A DNA stretch of 64,000 nt, taken from the NCBI RefSeq assembly GCF_036321535.1, contig NC_087437.1:23252001-23316000 (forward strand). Direction: 5' to 3'. Position 1 is the stretch's first letter; each line of letters begins with the position of its first letter. The notes beneath the pieces are model-generated. The model made no database searches and was not told where the DNA came from. It was given only the letters and a program-made list of their open reading frames with translations. The translations under genes were made by a program, and so were the position numbers. Positions 1-14,489 of this stretch are shown one piece after another. Source of the stretch: Camelus dromedarius. Taxonomy: Eukaryota.

Positions 1-3000
1 ATGTGTGGGACTGAGAAATATGTTAATACTGACAAAAATTATGTTGGATGAAACTAACTATTACTTACGAAATAGCTGAATAAACATGCTGGAGGAGTTC
101 AGGTCACGATTTCCACAATAATTTTAGTGTAGTCTAAGTAGAAGGAGGTCTGCACAGGGTCCCTAGCTGCTGGTGGAGGTGTGTTTTTCACTTAGATTTG
201 AATTGGAAGTTGCTTTTTTCCACTCAGACCCAAAGCAGAATAGAAATCCCTTCCCACCATGGCAGGTCAGCTCCAAGTAGGGAGAGAAGAAGACAGGGAG
301 ATAGTGCTTTACAAAAAGAAAAACAAGGCTATTTCTGGAAAATATGTTATTGGTGGCAAACATTTTCCAAAATATATTAGAAAAAAAGAGAAAGGGACAC
401 TCTTCAGGTCTTTTAAATTAAGATCAAAAATTCTTAGAACTTGCCTCCCCTACAGTTCCTTTCCCTCCCCCATCTCCCAAAATAAAACAGTCATTAAGGG
501 CTGTTTACTTAGAGTCTAAACTCTTAACAATAAGGAGATAACTAAGAATTTTTTTCAGTGAGCCTAAAAGATAAAATATGAGGAAATGTCTGCTCATAGT
601 GAGATGGTGAGGAGTGTTAGAACTCCTGACTATAGAAAAGGGATCAGTAAATTAAGTAGGACCAGATAAAGGGGATGGGGAAAACAACCCAGAATAGTGA
701 GGTTGGGAGCATGGGTGTTGGTTTTCCATACAGGGCTAGGACAGGGTCAGTAAGCACATTGCTGGGTGCCAACGTACACTCTCCCCTCACCTGTAACAGG
801 GACTGCTGATTCCATGGGGGGCTTTGTTTCCTGTGGATCCCACCACATCTCAACAATCCTCCTCTGCTCATCCTGGAGGTTGTCATTTCCAGCCTACCTA
901 TGGGAGTTGGCTCATGAGAAGCAATTACTTTGCTTTCATGAGGTTAAGGAGGTCACCAACTAGTTAGAGAGGAGAAACTCATAGTTAATAACAAAAATGC
1001 ATCACATGTATAGGTTGTGTATGTGTTTATCCAGAAGCAGACTCTGTGTTGTTCTCGTCCCACTGAACACATTCAGTCACTGTCAATCAATATCTGTCTT
1101 TACAAAGTCTTGCGTTAAATAGCCTCTTCAGGGATGGTTAGAGATGGATATCTGGATCGGGGGAGCCTTACTCACAACTGGGTAAAGATTTAGGTTTCTA
1201 TCCTATGTATGGTGTGCTTCCCAAATAAGGCTTAGTTCTGTTCTCTTGTACATTATACATGAACTCTTCATTGTTTGTTTGCTTGCTTTGTTTCAGAATA
1301 ACTTACTTTCAGTCCTTTTATTCTGTGACTATGTTTTAATTCTTTCCCTAAATTCTCTATCCTTAATTTTTAACAAGTATTTATCAAAACACAACCATCA
1401 GCCCCAATCTGGTATCTTGGGAGCAGCAAACCAAGTAACAGGTGGTTTGGGTTGGCTTTGGGCATCTCACTGAAGCAGGATTGAGACTCAGCAAGATGAG
1501 TTGGACCAGGAGAATAGGGCACATATGGCCTTATAGACTTAGGGCAGTGATTCTCAACCACAGAGAACTCAACTCTTACAACACCCCGAATTCTGCTTCA
1601 ACTTCCATCTTGAAATTTTTATTTGATTGGGTTTTGGATAACTCCCAAAACAAGATATATTTCCCCAGATACTCGATATGCATCTAAAGTAGAAAACCAT
1701 CATTTTAGGGGATTAAATTCTGTTTAAGGCAAAGGGACTTTAAGGCAGGTGACTGGTTATTTATCAGGTGTTGTTTCCAAAAGTAGGCTCAGTGGCAGCC
1801 AAGAGAACCAGGCAAGTCTGCCCTGGCCCCCAGGGAGCAAACACTTCAGAGTCAATTTGCTTCAAACAGCCCTTTATCAAAATAGCTCTGTTTTTCTACA
1901 GTAGGTGTATGCCCAGGGCTACTCTGATGTCTTATTATGGTAGAGTCATATTTTGTAGTCATCCTTGAGCTATCTTTTGGTGTGGTATTTACTCTAACAT
2001 GAAAAAGCTGGCGTGTGTGTGTGAAGGGGGGGCACACACACCAGCTTTTTTATTTTAGGGGAAACAGTTATCTTCATTGAATGTGAGATAGGTGATATTG
2101 CTATAATCCTACAGATCTCTTATATGAACCTAAATAAAACTCTGGAATAAAACAATGCATTTATGGCCATGGGAAGAAGAAATGAATAAAGATGGTTAAG
2201 CAACTAGGTATACTTTCTCAGTGTAAATAGAGATTTGGACATAGTAGAAAGAATCCTGAAAACAAAAAAAGACCTCAATGATCATTAAACCTTTGTTGAA
2301 TTGTCAATTATTCAATGACATTTTGCTTATATGGAAAAACTACTCACATATCTATCTATTCAGATCATTTATTAAAATCTTATTCAATCTTTTCAGCTGA
2401 TATTTATCAGAGTAATCAAATTTATTCCTGCCTTGGAAAATAGTAAAATAAGCCTTACCAAATGTAATAATTTTGTTAAGATTTAAGAATAAAGTTTAGA
2501 ATTCAAAATAAACTTGGGCAATGCATTGATGCTGCAATCTGTTCTTACCTCATAGGAAACGTCTGCTATAGACACAAACTGAGGTTGCACACATCATAAC
2601 TAACCTGGAAGAAAACAAAGAAATTTGTCAAGAGATAACTTCAGACTATTCAGACATATTCCAATTGATTATTGCATTTTGAGGATTTCCACACATTTGT
2701 CGATCTACAGAAGGTGAGTTGAGGCTAATCCATAATTTATCAATTATGAGAAAAGCACATTTATACATAGCCAGGAATACGCTTCTGTCTTGGAAAATAG
2801 ATTGATAATTATATCTTGTATAGAAAAGACCCTGTTCTGATAATGGAAGATTTTACCTTTGATTTGTTATTGATATAATGAGATAATTAATTTTAATTTT
2901 CAAAGGTCTGTGGCTGTGAGAAAATGCCTTAGGATTAATATTTGATCTCCAATTAGAATTAATTGGAATTAATTCTAATTTTGATTATTGAAAATATATT

Positions 3001-4342
3001 GTGGGGAGTAATATCAGTCAAAGAGATACAGAGATTTTCAATAAGTAGATCAGTTTTTAAGTGTGATTGTAGTACTGCTTTTATGCTTTATTATTAAGAG
3101 TTAAATTCCATGGTAACACAGCAAGAGGTGAGTTTAACCATGAGGTACTTTAAAATAGGCATTGCACATAATTGTCTATTCATAGCTTTAGGTGCAGCCT
3201 CTTCGAAAACAGAGAAACAGGGTGCCTATGGGAACAGCTAAATTATTAAGAGGCTGATTCTAATTGTTTCTTATAAGCAGTTTTTCAGGCTGCAATGTGT
3301 CCCCTTGGGGAAACAATGTGACATTGGAATTTGTTACAGAAAATGAAATTTCATGACAGGAGAATTACGTGTATTTTTAAAATATGGTTAGTTGAGATGT
3401 TGTTTTTATCACATTTGTCCTTATGTCTTCATGGTTGGGGTTATTAATGTCACTGCTATTCTCCCAGACACATAGATTCCAAATGCAGGCATCTTTCACT
3501 CATCCTTATTTTTCTCTGTTTCTTCTTTTTTCCTCACTGCAGAGCATCTGCACAGGATGTTTAATCTTTCTAATTCACGATTCCTCATATAATACTTACC
3601 TGCTCAGAAACCTTTAATGCTCCCACATTACATACTGAATTTTGAATTAAATCTCTTTTGCTAGCACATGCCAGTAATATTACTAAAAACAATCCACGTT
3701 TTCAAAAATTGTGTCCTGAAACTAATTGTTTTAATTGTGCAGGAGGTGGGGGCAATTGAGGGAGGAAGTTATAGGAGACCAGCAATAACCAAATTATATT
3801 TCCTTCAAGAATTTTGATAATAAAGATCTTAAAAAATGGCCATAGTAATATTTGGGGAAACCTAAAAATAATACACTGGTTGATCAAAGCGGGCAAACCT
3901 AAAGCGGAATGGAACATCCCTGGGAAAATTCTGAAGAGCATGTAAGATCAGACAAGAATCAACAAACTCTGAACAATCAAAATGAGTGCCGGTGCTGTTT
4001 ACAACCTCCAGCAGGAAACAGAAGAAAGGACGCCAGCTGAGCTTCCATTTACTGCACACCAAGCAGGTGTGAGTTCCTACTCTGTTTACTCAATAGCATT
4101 TTTCTACTGAGCAAGGTGCTTCTTTCCAGTCACAGTAACATTCTGTCCAGCAGCTGCTGGAGTAGTGCCAGTCTTGCTCCCTGATTGTTCAATCATGTTC
4201 TTTTCAACTCATGTATTACAGAAACTCACACGGCCGGAGACATGCCTGTACAAACTCTTCAGTCTAGGGGGCGAACAAGGACCCCATGATATACCCTGAA
4301 TCTACTTAGCTGGTTTAAGGCCTTCTGTTTGCTCATGGGATA

Positions 4343-4585
4343 GTACAGCCTAGTGGTTAGGAACATGGGCCCCACAATCACTCAGCCTCAGCTCACATTC
4401 CAGCTCCTGCATTTGTTAGTGGTGTTCTCTGAGGCAAGTTATGGAAAATACCTTGTGCCTTAATTTCTTCATCTGTAAAATGATGGTGATGTTAATACTG
4501 TTTTGTCCGTAGTATTATTGCAGAAATTAGACGAGTTATTAGGTGTAACTGTGTGGAATATTGGCTGTACCTGGCATGCAGTTCT
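4343..4585 (+). mobile_element. MIR SINE (near full-length, diverged)
   Basis: tRNA-like head 'gcctagtggttaggaacatgg' and MIR core 'gccttaatttcttcatctgtaaaatga'; 3' part 'acctggcatgcag'. Confidence 0.8.
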
Positions 4586-7500
4586 TAGAAGTTGGAGGGG
4601 GCTGTTATTACTCTCTGGCATCTGGATGCTTATTTCCTAAACTTAAACCTCTCCGGCTCTGTTGTTCCCTATGATAAGCATGCTATTTCATCCTTGTTGA
4701 ACTGCTAAAAGCTTTCCTATTCCTGTAGGTCTATTGTGATATGCCTTTTATACTCTTTTCAAATGGATGGGATTTTCCTTCCTTTTGTACGCCATTGTAG
4801 GCTTTTTTCCCTGAAACTTAAACTCCTCAGTTCAAGACCATTCATAGACGATTCAGGAACAGGCTCCATCCCCAGCCTGCGGCATCCCCCATGGTGTTCA
4901 AAGAGAGAATGTTTCCTGGTGGAGGGGGTCGGATGACAGAGTCAGCTCCCCCATCTCAGGGAATACGTATATTCCCCTTTTATATACATGTACACAGTCC
5001 CCCTATTCCTATCTATAATAATCAATTATTAATGGATTAGTTTAAAATGCAGCAACATTTCCCATTCTATTTTGGGATGATGAGAAACAAATCAGAGGCG
5101 AGAGCGATGATGGATGCTTCCCTATTTTGCACCGTGGTCATTTGATAAGAGCACTTCAGGGTTTACTCAGTTCAGAGGTAATCAAGTGATTCCAGACCTG
5201 CAGCTGAATAACTATGAGATAATATTTGGAAATATGTGTTTCTCTGTTTCTCTCTCCAACCACAGGTTTGTGCCTGAGGTTCCCAACAAATGGCTGATTA
5301 TCTCTGAATTTTTAGTGGTCTGGCAACGGCACTAACGGCTCAGAATAAGCATGTTTAACTTTAGAACCCATCTGGACTCTTGGCCACTAGTGGTGGGTGA
5401 TACTAGTTACAGAAATCAGTTTCTCCAAGTCTGTGCAAACCTCCAGATTTTGTTTCAAATTAACTTTAGTCCCCGTGGAATTATTTTGAGAGCAGAGCAG
5501 AATACTTAACCTTAGTTTTCTTTTACTTGCCCAAGCTATAAGCTTGATAACTCTTTCCAACATATATTTGCATTTCCTACAAATGCCATTTTGAATGAAA
5601 TTAAAATCTATGCTTATTAAGACTAATGTTGTACAAGCAGTTTATGCAAAATAAGAGTTTCTAAAATTGAAGGGAGTTTTCTCTCCTGGAGATTTATTTT
5701 GCTATTTTTGACTAAGGAGTCCAGGCTTCAAATCAAGGTATTGAAGGTGTCGTTTGAAACCTGTTGGGGTACTTACTTATGGTATAAATTTCAAAATAAA
5801 GTTAATTCTTTCATAGAAAAAAAGTTAAACCTATTTTGTTCTAATAATTTCAAATCCAAGCAATTAACATTATTTAGAGTTGCATAAGATTTGCTCTCTA
5901 AGCATATACTTTTATAATTGTTGATATACAGTTATTTTATTTATTTGTTCATACTAGGTCAATATAGCTAAGTAATCTTAGCCATGTTTATCTCTGTGTG
6001 TTTATATATAAATTTAATTCAATATAATTTTAAATGAATGATTTATTTTGTAGAATCCATGCATTCTGTTGATTTTATGATGGCAGATGATACAGAGATA
6101 GGATTGATATTGGATAAATATTTCATAGTCTGGCACTTTTTATGCCTTTAAAATTTTGGGAACTTAGTCTTTATTCATGAGTTATACTCTAGACATTATT
6201 AAGAAAATATATGAAATTTTGAGAACAGCTTCTTTTATCTTAGAGGTTTTCCTATTGTATTTAAACTTTGCTTTTACTACTCAATCTTATTCTCATCATT
6301 GTAGGAAATAGTGATCCCCTATTAACTCCATTGAGATGGGTCTCACTGAAGGTCCATCCAAAACAGAAGAGAGCAGTGCCCATGGAGAGGTGCAGTGAGA
6401 CAGAGGGTTCAAATATGCAGGTCATCACCCAGGGCTGTTGAAGACCATATAGATACAGAAAAAATATAATTGACGTTAATAGATGCCTTGGACAACAAGA
6501 GCATAGGAGTGAATCTGTAGTCTGAAGGCAGAAGCAAGGCCATAAATGGGAAGAAAAATCATATAGTCGGAAACTGCAGAGATGCAGAACAAATTAGATT
6601 GTAGGATTCAAAGTGCTTTAGGATTGGTGATTGAGAACAAGGCTAGGGTAAGGGTGGTCCAAGGTGCCCAATACAGAGCTAGCTGGACCTAGTCACATTA
6701 GACAAGGAGCATGTGCTTGATAAAGAGACTGATGGCTGCATGTGCAAAATTTGTTAAGCTTGAACACAAGTTCCAATTTAATTTTTGGTAATTATTTTTA
6801 ATAGCAATTCATGTTTTTAGGGCTTCAATTACTGCTTCTCTTCTTTTCCAAATAGTTGCCAATTATTATCAACAGTCCACTTTAGCCACAGAACCTATCC
6901 CATTTTCAAATAACCCTTGTAAATATTTTCCCTAGGATATTATTTTGTTACCTTAAAAGAGCAGATCTGAACCTGTATTTATCAGCTTCTGAACGAGATG
7001 TCCCTTGTATGGTCTCTTTTTGTTGTGGTTGTCCTTAGTGGCATCCATAGACTCCCTGTACCCATTTTCAGAATGTTTAACTTCTCTTTTATTTATCTGC
7101 TGCCTTTATACTTAGACCTTGAGTTAAGTTGGAAAGTTGTTATCAGCAAGTCAAAGTTCAGCTGCTTGGGAATTTCACCTGTTTTGTGTGTGTATACGTC
7201 TGACTTACGTACAGCATTTACATGAGCAAGAAGCAACTCAGACTGAGCCTTCCTCCTTGCCCTGGGAGGTCTCTTAGAAAGATTCCTAATGATTTTATGT
7301 AGAAGATCGATACTTTTGCCAAAATCAGAGAGGTGCAACTCTGTTGGTCTAGTACAGCAACAACCTGGGTGCATCAAAAAATGTGAAATGTGTCCAGTGT
7401 ATTACGCAGGTATAAAAATGGGAATGTAGTTTTATTAAATCACAAGTTATGGATCATATTTATTTCAATTCTAAAAAAATAATAATAATTTAATTTTAAC

Positions 7501-10500
7501 GTTGCCAAAATTGGGAAACATCTTTTGATTGATGTCAACATATAACTGATGTCAAAAGATGCTTATATGCTGCTGGGCCGTGAAGTAAATTCTAAAGTCA
7601 TTGTCATTTCTGAGCTCACGGTAACATGGCCAAGAATTGAAGGCATCTGTTATCTGACTGCTGTTTCATCAGACAACAACAGAAGAGTTATTTGTCTCAG
7701 TACCATCAGAGCTGCTTGAATTTTAAATTTGTACCTGCATTTGTTATTTAAAATGTCCTCAAAACGATTATACCCCTAGGGAGCATTGTAATGAAAAGTT
7801 ACTGCGGATCTAGGTGATGACTTGTCTTTTGCCATCCCTTGTAATTCAGAACAGTAGTGTTGCCAAAACTCTTGGAATTGATCATAGACTTTTCAGAACT
7901 AGATGAGGTTCCTGGGACCAATTTTTGAGTCCTGAGGGACGATCAGTCATTTAATTAACAGCCATACGAAAACAAAACAAGTAACTATGAGTTCAGCCAA
8001 ATAGTGAATGGAGAATACCTCTAGGATTATCAGATGTGTTTCAAAATTACACTGTTGTTTCTAAGATTGCTAAAGTGATTAGGATCATGTTCACTGCTTA
8101 TCACGGTGATGCTCTGCTTATTCACTGATGGTCAAAATTCATCAGAGCTATCTTTAGACTTAGAACGTGTCATGGCTTAAACGTGGCTATTAATGGACAA
8201 ACTGGCATGGAATTTTAAAGATAAGTATATACTGTTGTTGAGTAGTGAACATTTTACTATAATGTCTCTCAAAATGCTGTTCCTAAATTGATACACCTTA
8301 AAAATCAATACTGTTTTAGGATTAAGGAAATGTGGTAAATTAATGGTGTCATTGAAAAGATGGAGGCTGTCATACAACTTCATTTGCATTACTTTTAGGA
8401 TATAACATTAATATTCATATTTGTGCTGTCTCATCATCTATGTCAGGAAGGAAGTTTACTGAGGAAGAAACAGTGAGTACAATTAGCATAGCCCTAATAG
8501 GTGCTCATAAACTCTCGTTTGCCTGAAGAAATGAAGAGAGGGTGAAGGAGCATGGAAACAAGAGGGAAAATAAGAACTAAAGTGAGATGCTACGTCAGAA
8601 GTGAGGAGCAAATGCTAGTCTGCCTGGCCTGACTTTCTGACACTGACAGGCAGACCTCCAAGACTCCCAGCTCTCCGTGCATTCATTCATCCATTCACTC
8701 TGTCTTCCCACATTAAGTAACTGCTTATGTTAACAGTTTCAAATGGGAATGCAAAAGTAAATAAAATACGATTTCTAAGGGAAAACGTTTGTGTCAAAGA
8801 CACACGTATTATTATAATATACCTGGTTCAATGTAAATACTGGAAATTATGAGAGTCTAGAGGAGTTCTAGTTTTCCACATGTAAAATAATACTAAAAAT
8901 GGTGATGTGTTCAGAGTAATGGCAAACAATTTATTTTCATGCCTTCAAGCAATGTTCTTTTATTTATTGGGGATTTTAATAAGAAGTAATCATTTGTACA
9001 TCATGGATGCCCAGAAAGAGTAGATGCTGTGGTTCAAATCCCTTCACTTTGATTTATTAGTCCTTAGTTTATTTGAATGCTGTGTCGCAGAGTACAGCTA
9101 ATAAAAGCAGGAACATTTGTCTTTAGGCAAGTTTGATTTGAGGTGAATGACATTAAACAATAGCCTATTGACAAGCAATTAAACACCACTTCTCTTCCTA
9201 GCACTGCTTTGAATTACGGTTGTCCTACCTAATGGAAGCATCCTTGTGTTTTAGAATTCCAATATAATCTAAGATGAGAAGACCCTTTTAATTGGATTTT
9301 CAATAGAATCAGCCAGGACCCACTGCTCATCATCTTGACTGCTTATCTTCATCGACTGAGGCCAAAACAAAACAAAGATAAATAGCAAAATTCATTAACA
9401 ATCCATTTACTTCAACTGCAGCTTCGAATTGAATAGACATTATTCATGCCTATTGCCGTTCCCTCGGGGGCTGTCACATGGCATTCCCCAGACAGACTGC
9501 TGTGCTTCTTAGCTTTCCGTTTAATTTAGTGAACTCTTCTGCATCATGGAGGAACCTGGCTGAAGCAAGAAGAATTAAGATGGGTTGTTTTCTCCCATCC
9601 ACACTTAACATATTGATTTGAAGAGGGAGAAATAAACAATGAGATACCTGAAGGAAGTTATACAGGTTTTTTCAGCATATGAGAAAAGAAGGGTAACCCC
9701 CCAAAAAAGATGCTATCCTAAAAAGTCAATAGGAGATATTTGTGGTACCCAGTGTAATACTGAGGTCATTCCAGAAGAACATTTAGGAGAGTGATGTTTA
9801 TAATATTCTCCTGCAAATGAAAAAACTATTCTTTCACCACTTAGATGTGACAAGCCAAAAGTTGTGAAATAAAGGCACCAGTGAGCCTCTGTACCCTATC
9901 AAATATCCACTGAAGAAGTGTTCGTTAAACTATCATATTGCCAAGGTGCGGACTTAGTGTGTTTAATTAGCAACCTCCTTCCAAGAGAGACTTGTCGCTT
10001 GTTCACAGATCTTATTCCCATTTTCCATCCCCACCTGACATCTGCTTGCGTTAGTACAGGTATTGTGATGTTTTGCATTTTACTATAGTTTGTGGTAGTT
10101 TTAACAAGCAGCATTTGCTGCCAATTAAGGCAGTGTTTTATTGACTTGTGGCAACTGCAAAAGAACTACTTTAAATTAAGAAATGAATCAGTTTTTTTTT
10201 TTAATCTGTGTTTCTTTGTTGCCTGTACCTTTCACATAATTCTAACAGCCATGCCCATTAACTTTTTAAATCATATAAAATTTTGAGGGCAAGAGAATTT
10301 CACTGCCGTCTGATGCAGGGTTAACCATTTTGAAATGATACTTGCACAGCCTAAATTATACCTGATCATCCAAGTAGAAACTAATCATGAGTGGGTGATC
10401 AACAGACAGAAACCAGGTTGCTAAGGAAAGAGAAAAGGAAATTAACTCCCTAATTAGATAACCAGGGTTTTTGTCTACATGATGCCAAAATGACTAATTT

Positions 10501-10935
10501 AATATGTTGAATGAGTTAGACTGGTTTTTATTGTGTAAGCAAAACAAAGGCCTGATTCCCTGATGCTTCCATTCTTCAATTAGCTATGGCCTCATGTGGG
10601 CCAAGCTCGAATATGTTTAAAGTTTCTTTTCCATTATATCTCAGCAAACATATCCTAGGGAGACTGTCAAAAGGGAAATGTTTTTTCCTTTCTAGCTATG
10701 AAGCAATGCCTATAGTCAGAAATCAGCTTGATCGATTCCAGTTGAGTTTACCAGTAGCATTAGCCTCCAAACTGTCAACTTTATGTGTGTCTATACATGT
10801 GATTCTCAACTTTGAGATGTTTTGCATAGTAAATCATGTTTCTTAAGAATCTAACCAAATACGTTTATACTTTTCAGTCAAGATATACTGACAGGATAGA
10901 AAAATATCCAGAATTGTGGATCCAGGGCTTAGTCT

Positions 10936-10936
10936 A

Positions 10937-10967
<31 letters not shown>

Positions 10968-10970
10968 TAT
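10936..10970. repeat. A-run plus (TA)n microsatellite
   Basis: A10 followed by about 12 TA units, read directly. Confidence 0.95.
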
Positions 10971-11460
10971 TTCTTTAGATTCCATGACACTCTTGCCTTC
11001 TGGTTTCTCTCTGACCTTTCTTTGAGATTTCTAAATCTAAGCTTTGGAGTCTTCTGTTAGTTCCAGAAAACTGTCATAATGCATCAAAACCTGCCTCTCC
11101 CTCAGCCCCTCTCTGTTCTCCTAGGACTCTAACTAGACATATAATAGACCTTCACATACCTTCTCCTTGTCTTAACCTCCTCATATTTTCTATCCCTATC
11201 TCTCTGTACTACATTCAAATAATTTTTTCTAGTTAATTAGTTCTTTTTTCATCTGTATGGGTTGAATCTGCCATTAAACCTAGCCATTCAAGGTTATGTA
11301 ATATTCTGCATTTTTATTTTTATCTAATTAATAAATGTGCATAAAGAATCAAATAATTCCACAAACCATGAAAAACAGCTGTCCCTAGGGCCTCTCCCTG
11401 ATCATTTCCCTATTCTCAAAAACAGTTATTTTGATTCTTTTATCTGATTATTTTCACATT

Positions 11461-11981
11461 TGTTGGGCTGCACCCTGCAGGCCTGCAAGCCCTGTGCCTG
11501 CCCAGAAGAAAGAACCCAGAGTCAGCAACAGATTAGTCAGTGGTTTGATGGACGGGGGGCCTTACATGTCCAAAGCAAGGTCCAGGAGTTGCATTCCATT
11601 GTGTACGGTGGATGAGAGGCAGGGCATGGCAGCAGTCTTTGCTCCCACTGGGAGAGGAAGGTTACCAGTTATTGGGGGAATTGATGTCAGGTTGGCTCAT
11701 CGGTTACCAGGGAAACCAGTAGAGGGGCATATTGCTCATAGCCCTTTTGATAAACTGTCAAAGTTTAGTGGAGCCATTCTGATCCAAAGATTAGAACAAA
11801 CTAGGTGGGGCAGGGGAGGGGGGCGGGGAGGGGGGCAGGTAAGTAGGCAATTCCTGATTAGGCTCTGTGATTAAGAGGGAAGGTCAGTCAGGTGAGTAGG
11901 GTGTAGGTGAAGCAGGGACTGGTTCAGCAGGGGATGCACAGAAAGCAAGAGAACCACTGTCTTGAGTGGCTTGATTATACA
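11461..11981 (-). mobile_element. ERV-like solo LTR (family unassigned)
   Basis: ~520-bp GC-rich block in AT-rich flanks, bounded by TG (tgttggg) and CA (tataca). Possible decayed 5-bp TSD acatt/gcact. Minus orientation inferred from a degenerate polyA/U5-like left end. Confidence 0.65.
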
Positions 11982-12859
11982 GCACTTGTCTCTGTATTTC
12001 TAAATAATAGGATTACAGTGCATCCTTATCACTGGTCAGTTTAGAAATTATTTGTTGGCTTCTTATGATAAGAATTGAGAATTTAGCTATTAAAAGGTCT
12101 TTGTAGAAACTCATATCTCTCAGTTGTGGGAAATACTCCCAAATGAATTTTGATGATTACCTCCCCTCTCAGTTTCCTCTGTTCTCTCTTTTTGGAACTT
12201 CCATCATCTGGAAGCTACATCTGCACTGGTCTTTCTTTTTGGCTCAGACTTTAATTTGACTCCATCTTTCAGCACATCTATAAAGTGTTTCATTTCTGCT
12301 ATTATGTTTCTAATCACAAGAGCTTTTTTTTTAATTCCCCTGAACATTTCTTTTTACATTTTACATTTTTATATTTAATCATTTTACATTCCATTTTACA
12401 TTTAGCATCGTATTCTTATTTTATGGTTTATCATCTTTCCTATTTATTGAAGGATATTAAAGTTTTCTTCCCATGCATCCTCTCTGCTCCATCAGGGTAC
12501 TCCTTCCTGTATATTTGCTTTTGTCTCTACCTCTTGTGTTAGAGGCTTTCCCAAGTTGTGTACTGATTGCTGGTTCTCTGCACATGGTCAAGAAGGATGA
12601 AATGTTGACAATAAGCTTCATTGGAGGGTGATATGTTAGGGACTTTCATTTGGGACACTTCTGATATCAGAATTTTAGGTCTTTCATTTAAGGTTGTTAG
12701 ATTTTCCAGCTTTTTCTGGAGAGTAAAGACCTGGTTACCAGCATTCTGGGAGGCAGGCTGTGTAAGAGGTGTAGTGTTTCAAGTGGGGAACGGGAAAGGG
12801 TTTTGGAAAAGGTGGTATCTCCTGGCAAGTGGCATGTTTAAATTTGCTTAATTCTCTGT

Positions 12860-13095
12860 GTTTTTTATTAGTTAATTAATTAATTTTTTTGGATGAGAAC
12901 TTGTGATATTTACTCTCTTAGCAACTTTCAAATATACAGTATAGTGTTTTAACTACAGTCATCATGCTGTAAATTACATCCCCATGACTTATTTGCTTTA
13001 TAGCTGGAAGCTTGTACTTTTTAACCTCCTTCACCCATTTCACCTATCCCCTACCCACCAACACCTCCCTCTTTGGCAATTCCCAATCTGTCCTT
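12860..13095 (-). mobile_element. L1MA-type LINE-1 3' end fragment
   Basis: 'tactctcttagcaactttcaaatatacagtatagtgttttaactacagtcatcatgctgta' matches antisense L1MA (L1MA9-like) 3' UTR and is preceded by a T-rich tail. Confidence 0.75.
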
Positions 13096-13355
13096 CATAT
13101 GCATGTCTAATATTCCAAGATAAGAGATTCAGCAGTCTTATAAAGGAAGGCACTTATGTGAAATAGGGAAGGGAATCTGGAGAATATAAGTAATTACTTA
13201 ACATATCTCAACAAATCATTAGTGTTTTATACCTCCAGCAGCACCTCACTCCCAGTGGTAGCTGGTATCACTCATTTTTTGACACTTTGGGGATTTCTGA
13301 AGTATAAAATGAATTAGTTTTCCATTTTTTTCCCACTTCCCATTTAAAATACAGC

Positions 13356-13379
13356 TTTTTTTTTTTTTTTTTTTTTTTT
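13356..13379. repeat. Poly(T) tract
   Basis: Uninterrupted run of about 24 T. Confidence 0.95.
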
Positions 13380-14489
13380 GGCTCAACTCTGGCTGTTACC
13401 ATTTGTTGGGCTATTTTCCCAGTTTTTCCAGATTTTCCAAAATCTTGATAGCATTTCTTCTCTTGGACTCACCATCCTTGTGGGTATATGGACCTTGTCA
13501 CAAGGTTTCAGAAGGGAGAGATATTAGATGCATTTACTTAATCTGTCAACTTTATTTGAATTTCTCTAGTGAATTTTTTTAGTTGAGCTTCTAGAAGATT
13601 TGTTTGACTCTTTTTTTTTAAATGTGTCTGGTCATTTTTTAGAGTTTTGCTCTTTTATCCCATTTCAAAACATTTTACTTATTTAGCCATTTTCATTGTA
13701 CCTATTTTCTGTTCTGTGCCTGGTAATTCCAACATATGAAGTATTGTAGGTCTGATTCTGCTGCCCATTGTTTCTTCTGGCTCTCACATAATTATATGTT
13801 TTCCTTATTCATTCTTGATTTTTGTTGCTAATCTCATTTCTTGAAGTTTGTCAGTAGGATTTCTTTAAGGCCAAGATGAGTGCATTCTACCAAAAAGGAT
13901 TGTACTTGCTTCTCCTCATTTTCTGGGATTGGGAACAATCTGAAACTAAATCCTCAGCATGGGGTCTCTGGAACACCTAGGTATTATCAGCAAGGCCGAG
14001 GTTGTGCTTATGAATTCTTAAAGAGAGTATTTTTTTTCCTCTTTCTCCACTTTGCATCAAAGTTGAAGATGGAAAATTTCCTTCCTGCCTGCTTTTTTTC
14101 AGGAGGTGATCAATTGTTTTTGTTTATCGTCATTCTGAGGATGGAATACCGGAGAACTCAGCTTTTATAGGAGTGTCTACTAGAATACCCAAATTGGGCT
14201 GGCCCTAGGTTTTGTTTTTTGCTCCTTGCACCTTGAGCGGATATTAAAAGCCAAGTGCCCTGTCAGTCGCTTTAAGCAAATTTCCTTGGAGTGAAGATAG
14301 CTTCAGTTTTCTATGTACCATTTAGATTCCCACTTTCAATTTGTTTTAGCTGCTGATGAGTTTTTCTTTCTCTCTCAATGAAGTTCTTAAAAATATGCTT
14401 CTTATGATTTGTCTTGCAGTGCAAGTTACTTTCAGTTGTAAGGTTAGTCGTGGTATCTGACCCATTAGCCATTACCTCTCCTTTCTCCT

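Larger units (their letters stand above)
11140..14460 (-). mobile_element. Fragmented ancient LINE-1-related element (L1M/HAL1-like), interrupted by an LTR and an L1MA 3' end
   Basis: T-rich antisense L1-like blocks, e.g. 12121-12230 'cagttgtgggaaat...cctcccctctcagtttcctctgttctctctttttggaact'; boundaries approximate. Confidence 0.5.

Noticed and set aside
600..1230. Possible ancient LTR
   Set aside because: GC-elevated and LTR-like in texture, but I could not define termini, TSD or family.
10126..10165. 'aggcagtgt' resembling the miR-34/449 5' end
   Set aside because: The match stops after the seed, and I see no complementary arm for a pre-miRNA hairpin.
11431..11874. 147-aa ORF
   Set aside because: Lies almost wholly within the GC-rich LTR, starts at TTG and resembles no gag, pol or env sequence.
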